Shown: positions 58,179 to 64,000 of the stretch, piece by piece
Position numbering within the stretch: the first letter of the stretch is position 1
Layout of the letters: every line of letters starts with the position of its first letter
Assembly: GCA_018992685.1 (NCBI GenBank)
Contig: JACVGT010000003.1
Location: forward strand, 1-64,000
Direction: 5' to 3'
DNA from: Theionarchaea archaeon
GTDB lineage: Archaea; Methanobacteriota_B; Thermococci; Methanofastidiosales; SZ-28-30
DNA: 64,000 nt
The notes under the pieces: model-generated
The model's database searches: none
Seen by the model: the letters and a program-made list of their open reading frames with translations, nothing else
Told to the model about the DNA's origin: nothing
Position numbers and translations under genes: made by a program

Positions 58179-60347
58179 TTACTCTTTTGGCACAGGAGTT
58201 GCTTTTTCCTTTTTCCGCTTATAGATGCCTACGAAGATACATAGTGCCGCTATGATCACATAGCCATACCCCAACGGAGACACAATCCAGAAGATGATAA
58301 CACCACCTGCAGCCCACACCACGCCTGCTACAAGAAAGAACAGTCCACGTCTCTTTCTGTTCAATCCTACAAATACTATTCCAAATGAAGAACTGAGAAG
58401 TGCAACAATGAAAGGTATATCGATCTCCTCCCACAGGGACGTTTTTTCCGGGATGAACTCTTCCTGCAAAACATGTGCTGGCAGCTGCTGTGCTGTGGTG
58501 ATGGTGCCTTTCCGTACTGCTGCAACAACATAGTTTACAGCATCCCCTGCAGGAATCCATAAATCAGGGAAGAATCCTCTTTCTTCCCTTAACTCCAAAT
58601 CCAGAGGAATATTCAAACTGATGGGGAGATAGACCGAGAGAGCAGAATGAGGGAGCCTGTGGAGAGTCATCTGCCCAAACACGAGAGCACCCATGGTATT
58701 CTCTCCCACAAGGACAACGTTTTCCACTTGCTGGAGATAATTGACGAATCCCTCTGCAGCAGAGGCAACACTGCCATTTATCACAACAATCAAGGTGGTA
58801 TCACTAAGGATAGCTCTGGAATCTTCAGAAAAGGGGCCTGTCCAGTGGGGACGCATGTACATGTTCTCGAAGGCCTCTGCCTGTGCTCCATAGTGTTCAC
58901 TATCTGTTTGATACGTGTAGGTGTCCGGATATATATCTAAGAGATATTCAAAATAATTGCGACGCCCCATCATTGTTGTCTTACTGATAAATTCAGTGAA
59001 ATAGCGGTTGCTGGATGGTTTCTGACCAGTAAATCTCGTGACCCACTTTCTTGGCCATTCCTCGTTACCACCTCCATTACCTCGAAGGTCAATGATGAGA
59101 CAGGGGGTTCCGTCATACTTCTGAGCAGTCGAAATAAATGTAGTGAGGTAGTCACTGTGATGATCAGAAAATGAACGGATACGTACCACAGGGATTCCAC
59201 CCACCGTATCCTCCCGAAAAATGTCACTCGAGAAAGAATCGAAATCAGAACGAGACAACGCAACCTGAACCTGTATCTGCTCTTGGCCGTGCTGTGCCAC
59301 TACTACTACCGGATGAGGTGAGGATTCTGAAAGTGTTCCCATTCTGTAAATAGGATCTCCTTTGGCATTGAGAGAGGGGAACATGTATTCGTCCGGGCGC
59401 CCTCCATTGATTGATGCAACCTTATAGGTGACACCGTTTAAGATGAAAAAATACTCTCCTTGAGCTTTCCATAGTTCAAGTTCAAGATCTGTGTCATACC
59501 AGAAGTGCTTGTGGTTCCCGTATCTGTACTCACCGATACTGAGATGGCAATCATGGATAAAGGCAAGATTGTCATGTATCAAGCGAGAGAGATCATCTGG
59601 AGACCACATCAAGGTTTTCTCTATCTCGGTGAGGATACTTGTCTTTGCTTCATCAAAGTCCCCTTCTGTCTTGAAATATCCGTAGCCACAATACCCATGA
59701 GACATCAGGTAGAACAGGTATTCCACATCTTCTACAGCTTCTTCTTGAGAAATGTGGGAAGGTGGCTTCGCATCCACATCCATGTCTAATGTTGTCATGG
59801 GAAGCTCATCGTCCTCTGGCAGGTACTGTATGCCGGCGATGTACTCGCGTGCTTCTTCGGGAGGCGCACTTAAGAAGGGAGGGAAAACCCAGGTCTTACC
59901 TAGTGATGCAATCAATTCTTCTGCTGCCTTCTTGGTGAGAACGTTGTCTGATCCCGTGCATATGTAGACAGTTCTTCCCTCTACCCATGGGCTCTCTTTC
60001 TTGAATACTACAGAGGTACCATCTTGTATATGGTCTCTTTCCTCCCGGGTTATCATTTCTGCAATGATCTCACCAGTGTATTCAGCATCTAATCCACCAA
60101 TAATAATAAGATTCTTGTCTTGTGCGCATTCAGGCACCTCTCCCGCGTTTACGATAATCCATTCGGGCTTCACTCTTCTCAGCAGAACTGAGAAATCTGT
60201 GCAGAATGATTCATCAGTTTCATTAGAGATAATCACTGTATTTCCAGGGACTACCTCACTGTCCTCAGCAGATCCGGGCACACAAGAAAGGGAAAAAGCC
60301 AGGATGATCAAGATAGGTGATATTTGTCTCATTCTAACCAACTTCAT
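58179..60347 (-). CDS. S41 family peptidase, secreted, with C-terminal TM segments
   Basis: Signal peptide, DCHL, IIDLRGNGGG, VASAAE, GENTMG, GFFPD. Confidence 0.88.
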   Translation of the reverse strand: MKLVRMRQISPILIILAFSLSCVPGSAEDSEVVPGNTVIISNETDESFCTDFSVLLRRVKPEWIIVNAGEVPECAQDKNLIIIGGLDAEYTGEIIAEMITREERDHIQDGTSVVFKKESPWVEGRTVYICTGSDNVLTKKAAEELIASLGKTWVFPPFLSAPPEEAREYIAGIQYLPEDDELPMTTLDMDVDAKPPSHISQEEAVEDVEYLFYLMSHGYCGYGYFKTEGDFDEAKTSILTEIEKTLMWSPDDLSRLIHDNLAFIHDCHLSIGEYRYGNHKHFWYDTDLELELWKAQGEYFFILNGVTYKVASINGGRPDEYMFPSLNAKGDPIYRMGTLSESSPHPVVVVAQHGQEQIQVQVALSRSDFDSFSSDIFREDTVGGIPVVRIRSFSDHHSDYLTTFISTAQKYDGTPCLIIDLRGNGGGNEEWPRKWVTRFTGQKPSSNRYFTEFISKTTMMGRRNYFEYLLDIYPDTYTYQTDSEHYGAQAEAFENMYMRPHWTGPFSEDSRAILSDTTLIVVINGSVASAAEGFVNYLQQVENVVLVGENTMGALVFGQMTLHRLPHSALSVYLPISLNIPLDLELREERGFFPDLWIPAGDAVNYVVAAVRKGTITTAQQLPAHVLQEEFIPEKTSLWEEIDIPFIVALLSSSFGIVFVGLNRKRRGLFFLVAGVVWAAGGVIIFWIVSPLGYGYVIIAALCIFVGIYKRKKEKATPVPKE

Positions 60348-60756
60348 TTTATTTTTTTCCTTTGTGGTATCTTTTTCTTTCTCTGACTCATTTTTAAGAT
60401 TTTCCGCTTTTTTTTTGCGCATGTTGTCCCAGAGATCAACAAAATCCAGAAAGTTTCTTCCGTTCACGAGGTGAGAAATATCATCACTAAAGATTCGCCT
60501 CGTGCCCTCGCCTTTGCCAGATTTTCATACACATCATCTTTCAACCAATGCCTGTCACACAGCGCCGGAGGGATCAAGAGGATAGGAGGACTGAAGATCA
60601 TCCACCTTCAGCACCATGATGCTGTATGGCACAGACACATTGAAAGCTGAGGAGGTATCAGTAATCAGATCATCAACCACATGATTTTCCATGCAACCTG
60701 ACCTGCAATCCTTGACCCAGACTGCGTATTCATGAGACAGACATGCTGGAGCGGTA

Positions 60757-61809
60757 TCATTCAGTGCTTCTCTTTTCTCTCTTTTTCACCTTCTTATACA
60801 CAAATACCCCCACCATGCTGAGCACGAGAGCCAGAATCACATACAAGAGACTGGAAAGCAACCCAGGTGAAGACACTGTGGAGAATGGCTCAGGTTCTTC
60901 TGATTCCTTGATCTCACTTGGAGATTCAGACTCTTCTGATTCTTCAGAAATTCTCATGGAAAAAAGCGTGGCTGCGTCGTACGAATGGTTTCCCTTTTCC
61001 AGTTCATCTTTCAGGTCAAATACAGCAACATCGTCGAAATTCTGCTTGTTATAAAAGTACGCGATCCCATGTACGGGGTCATAGATCGTGGTGTAGGTTG
61101 TCCCCTGATTGCAGGTGGCTTTCAGAATCTCCAGAAAGTATTCCACTGTCAGATCGTCCTCGCTCTTGACTTCTGTCAACATCCCTTCGGCAGTGTTGTA
61201 CCGCCAGCAAGGATATCCCAGGTTTCTTTGAAGGAGGTTGAAGTTGGTGGTTATCTGGTATACGCCTGCCTTCTTGATTACCTTCATCGTTCCATCTGTA
61301 CCAGGGCACAGCACCATTGCATTACCTGTTCTATCGGCAAATAGGAACTGCATATCACCAAATGAGGACAAATCATATTGCTCTATGAACTGGGCAGCCT
61401 CTTCAACGTTCTTGCAGTTCTTCAGGACAGTCTCGCCAAAAACTCCGCCATTGACCACCGGCAACTTTCCCGGGTATGGGCTCATTTTACACTCTGGAAT
61501 TGATGTGATGTCAAAGCACAATCCCTGGTCGTTCATGCCACCCATGGGGAAATGACCTCTCAGTATGGGATAATTCCTGAACCCGAAGTACACCCATCCA
61601 TATGTGTCTTCAGTGGCACGGACGAACCAGACTGTCGCGCGCTTGTCGCCCACATCTTCATTATTCCCAAAGAGGACCGTATCACCCATAGAAGCAGTAA
61701 AGACAGTACAGGATTCAGGGGTGATATCTAGGAAATCAAGACCCATACCAGCGTAATCTACCACAATCACGAAGATGAAAATCCACAACATTGCTGTTAT
61801 CCTCGTCAT
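60757..61809 (-). CDS. Ntn-hydrolase (C45/choloylglycine hydrolase-like), membrane anchored
   Basis: Signal peptide, CTVF nucleophile, GNNED, GGMNDQGL, TTNF, S/E/P linker + TM + basic tail. Confidence 0.82.
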   Translation of the reverse strand: MTRITAMLWIFIFVIVVDYAGMGLDFLDITPESCTVFTASMGDTVLFGNNEDVGDKRATVWFVRATEDTYGWVYFGFRNYPILRGHFPMGGMNDQGLCFDITSIPECKMSPYPGKLPVVNGGVFGETVLKNCKNVEEAAQFIEQYDLSSFGDMQFLFADRTGNAMVLCPGTDGTMKVIKKAGVYQITTNFNLLQRNLGYPCWRYNTAEGMLTEVKSEDDLTVEYFLEILKATCNQGTTYTTIYDPVHGIAYFYNKQNFDDVAVFDLKDELEKGNHSYDAATLFSMRISEESEESESPSEIKESEEPEPFSTVSSPGLLSSLLYVILALVLSMVGVFVYKKVKKREKRSTE

Positions 61810-62217
61810 CCGGATTCCTCAGCCCTTCAGGCTCTCTGGTACTTTTAAATCTTGCTGTGACGTAGAGATGTGTCCCATGAGCTCCTGGATAGAGAGATGG
61901 CCAGCCACAGAGTGCAAGAGCTCGTTGGAAGCGTGAAAAACTACCATATAATCGAAAACGTCCAGAGGCTGTTTTGTCGTGTGCGCAATAACATCCTGCT
62001 ACAAAGATGAGTAAACAACGTCTTTTCTGTTCAACCTTACAAATACTATTCAAAGTGATGAAATGAGACGTACGACAATCAAGTGAACACCTTTTTCTTC
62101 CCAAATTTCTGCGTTCAGACACTACATTTGAGAAGCATCTGACTGTCAGATCATCCCTACTCTTCAGAGGGGCTGTCAATGGAAAAGAACTTAAGGAGGT
62201 CGAGGAGTAGGAGGATC

Positions 62218-62988
62218 ATGGCACGTGCACGGACTGGTGATTCCATCGCTGCAATGCTCCTGATCATGGGCATTTTCTTCTTGGAAATGGACTATCTACT
62301 GGCAGGCATAGCATTGTTGGGGGCGGCAGGGTGTTGGATCTACAAAACCCAAAAAGTATGGCTGCTGGCAATCTATATTACCGTGGTTGGATTGTTTCTT
62401 TTCTTAATTCTGAGCGGGATTACTGCCATAGGTGTAGAGATCCTCATGATTTTGGTTCCCATCATTTTCGCCTGGGATTCACTCTTGATCTACCGGACTG
62501 AAAGAAGGATGAAGAAAGTCATGAAAAACCTCAGGGCAAAAGACTTCGAGGTGGAGGTCATCCCCGGCACTGTACCTTCCTACTACCTGAAGGTGTACAG
62601 CTTGAAGTCCCCGTACTTGGTGAGGGTGATCTGTCGGGAGGACGTGGTGAAAGGCTTCTATGACACCAGAACAAACGTCTGGGTTGCCAGGGAATCTGAG
62701 TCCTTCCCGGTTTACACCTCTACGCCCGAGAAAATATGGAAAACAGTAGTGTCCACTCATCCCGACGGGACCATTCACAGAATAGAATGTAAAGATAGAT
62801 TTGAATTCCTGGTGGGAGTTGAGGTCTACAACGAAGCGGGAACCAGGACTGATTTGAGCTGGCGACTCCATAGAGATCTGTACGAAACCTGGGATACAGC
62901 CTCCCAAGAATGGAAGACACGTCGCCGTGGATGGCACCCTCCCGGGCTTTTCATGTACAAGGTCACAGCATTTCTGGGACTTTCATGA
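62218..62988 (+). CDS. Hypothetical membrane protein (N-terminal TMs + soluble domain)
   Basis: SD GGAGG before ATG 62218; 3-4 TM segments. Confidence 0.7.
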   Translation: MARARTGDSIAAMLLIMGIFFLEMDYLLAGIALLGAAGCWIYKTQKVWLLAIYITVVGLFLFLILSGITAIGVEILMILVPIIFAWDSLLIYRTERRMKKVMKNLRAKDFEVEVIPGTVPSYYLKVYSLKSPYLVRVICREDVVKGFYDTRTNVWVARESESFPVYTSTPEKIWKTVVSTHPDGTIHRIECKDRFEFLVGVEVYNEAGTRTDLSWRLHRDLYETWDTASQEWKTRRRGWHPPGLFMYKVTAFLGLS

Positions 62989-62989
62989 T

Positions 62990-64000
62990 CTACTGCAGGT
63001 ACCTGAGATTTGAGGGGCACACCTGGCTTTCATATATTGTTCTGGGATTGATACTCTTGTACGCCTCCTGTACTATGTCTTCGCCAACAGTGTAATTGAA
63101 TATGTAAGGGCTGAACAGCGGATTGGTGATGAATTCCATCTGCTTTTCTGCACGTTTCTGCGTGGTCAGTCCCATTTGCACCAAGTATTCCACAGCTTCT
63201 TCAGGGGGGCAATCCTCCTGGTGAACCATGAGGGCTGCATTCCCACTGGACCGTGACAGTGTCTTGAAAGCTTCTGCAATTGCTGCTTCAGTCTCTACAT
63301 CGAGGTTAGCCTGAAATTTCGCGTTTAAGTACTCATAGACTTTCTTTCTGTCCTCGAAGATCAGGTTCAATCCTGCATTACCTACTCCTTCACTGATCAA
63401 GCATTCTGGGGTATTATACACAAAGATGGAAGCTTCCAGGAATCCCTTTTCATTGTAGAGGATTTTCTCTTTGATCACGTGATCCGTGTGATGGCCAGGA
63501 TACCCCTCGTGGAATATAAGAGAGGGAAGCCCTGCTATCTGTACGGGAATGTCTGTGTTGATTTCCACTCTGGACAGATAGGCTCCCAGATACCAGTTAT
63601 AGCCACTCCAGGGTTTGTCATGTACGAGGACAAAGTCAATGTGTTCGTTCTCAGGCAGCGGGTAGAGATCATAGGTTCTTTTTCTCCCCTCGGCACACAA
63701 TTCCTGGATCATGCTCTCCAGTCGTGATTCGGAGACCTCTCGGGAGGTCCGCCATTCATCAACAGCTTCATGGATTCTATCTGTCTTGAATATGTCTTTG
63801 AGTATCTGTATTTGTCTATCAAGGTGTGAATCGGGTGTCTTCTCAGGAGTGATGTCAAAGAACAGCTCAACTTTCCGGGTGTAGTCCATCTCTTCTCCCC
63901 GCAGCACGCTAATGGTGGTCTTGATACCAGTAATCTGCTTTTCTAGGTATATTCTGCGGGCTTTGTCTTCTGCAGGTACAGTGGCTTCCAGGTGCTCGGC
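62990..64000 (-). CDS. DUF885-like putative zinc metallopeptidase (5'-truncated by the window edge)
   Basis: HEGYPGHH and SEG motifs; frame stays open to position 64000. Confidence 0.75.
   Translation of the reverse strand, partial: AEHLEATVPAEDKARRIYLEKQITGIKTTISVLRGEEMDYTRKVELFFDITPEKTPDSHLDRQIQILKDIFKTDRIHEAVDEWRTSREVSESRLESMIQELCAEGRKRTYDLYPLPENEHIDFVLVHDKPWSGYNWYLGAYLSRVEINTDIPVQIAGLPSLIFHEGYPGHHTDHVIKEKILYNEKGFLEASIFVYNTPECLISEGVGNAGLNLIFEDRKKVYEYLNAKFQANLDVETEAAIAEAFKTLSRSSGNAALMVHQEDCPPEEAVEYLVQMGLTTQKRAEKQMEFITNPLFSPYIFNYTVGEDIVQEAYKSINPRTIYESQVCPSNLRYLQ

Noticed and set aside
301-63727. Numerous antisense or alternative-frame ORFs in the ORF track (e.g. 6299-6937, 9051-9860, 46472-47110, 50371-51045)
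   Set aside because: They overlap well-supported genes and lack motifs, so they are treated as shadow ORFs
1-64000. CRISPR arrays, rRNA, intact transposases or proviruses
   Set aside because: No regularly spaced repeats, rRNA-like sequence or transposase/capsid motifs seen by eye

Overview
Archaeal DNA. Evidence: BRE/TATA promoters, many apparently leaderless genes, GGAGGTGA Shine-Dalgarno (SD) sites, tRNAs without encoded CCA, and DUF63, DUF835, F420-type and tungsten-AOR genes. The content resembles anaerobic, peptide-degrading sediment archaea such as Theionarchaea, which is an inference. Layout: (i) 58-3540, a FAD oxidoreductase, an unannotated 28-aa ORF and an orphan FrhG-FrhB fusion. 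(ii) 3673-23175, a ~19-kb cluster of three operons that share a promoter element. It holds three iron-sulfur flavoprotein paralogs (two inside a mosaic 760-bp direct repeat), a saccharopine/lysine-dehydrogenase-like enzyme, a tungsten AOR-family enzyme with apparently substituted catalytic residues plus its FeS subunit, MoaD and MoeB/ThiF, a LUD protein, a PotABCD-like ABC importer, an MFS transporter, a DegT aminotransferase, an LDH-like dehydrogenase, an M19 dipeptidase, an MmgE/PrpD protein with an apparent ACG start, and two tandem Lrp regulators. This is the best candidate for an undescribed amine/opine catabolic system. (iii) tRNA-Leu, membrane and signalling genes, and tRNA-Thr followed by an AT-richer accessory stretch with an integrase remnant. 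(iv) A PadR cassette, a small membrane protein plus 31-aa peptide cassette, two PAS/GAF-DUF835 sensors and a roadblock-like protein. (v) A C25 peptidase, a candidate structured RNA, a glycosylation locus with VapBC, and several peptidases/hydrolases. No CRISPR array, rRNA or intact mobile element was seen. All calls come from reading motifs by eye; no database search was run.
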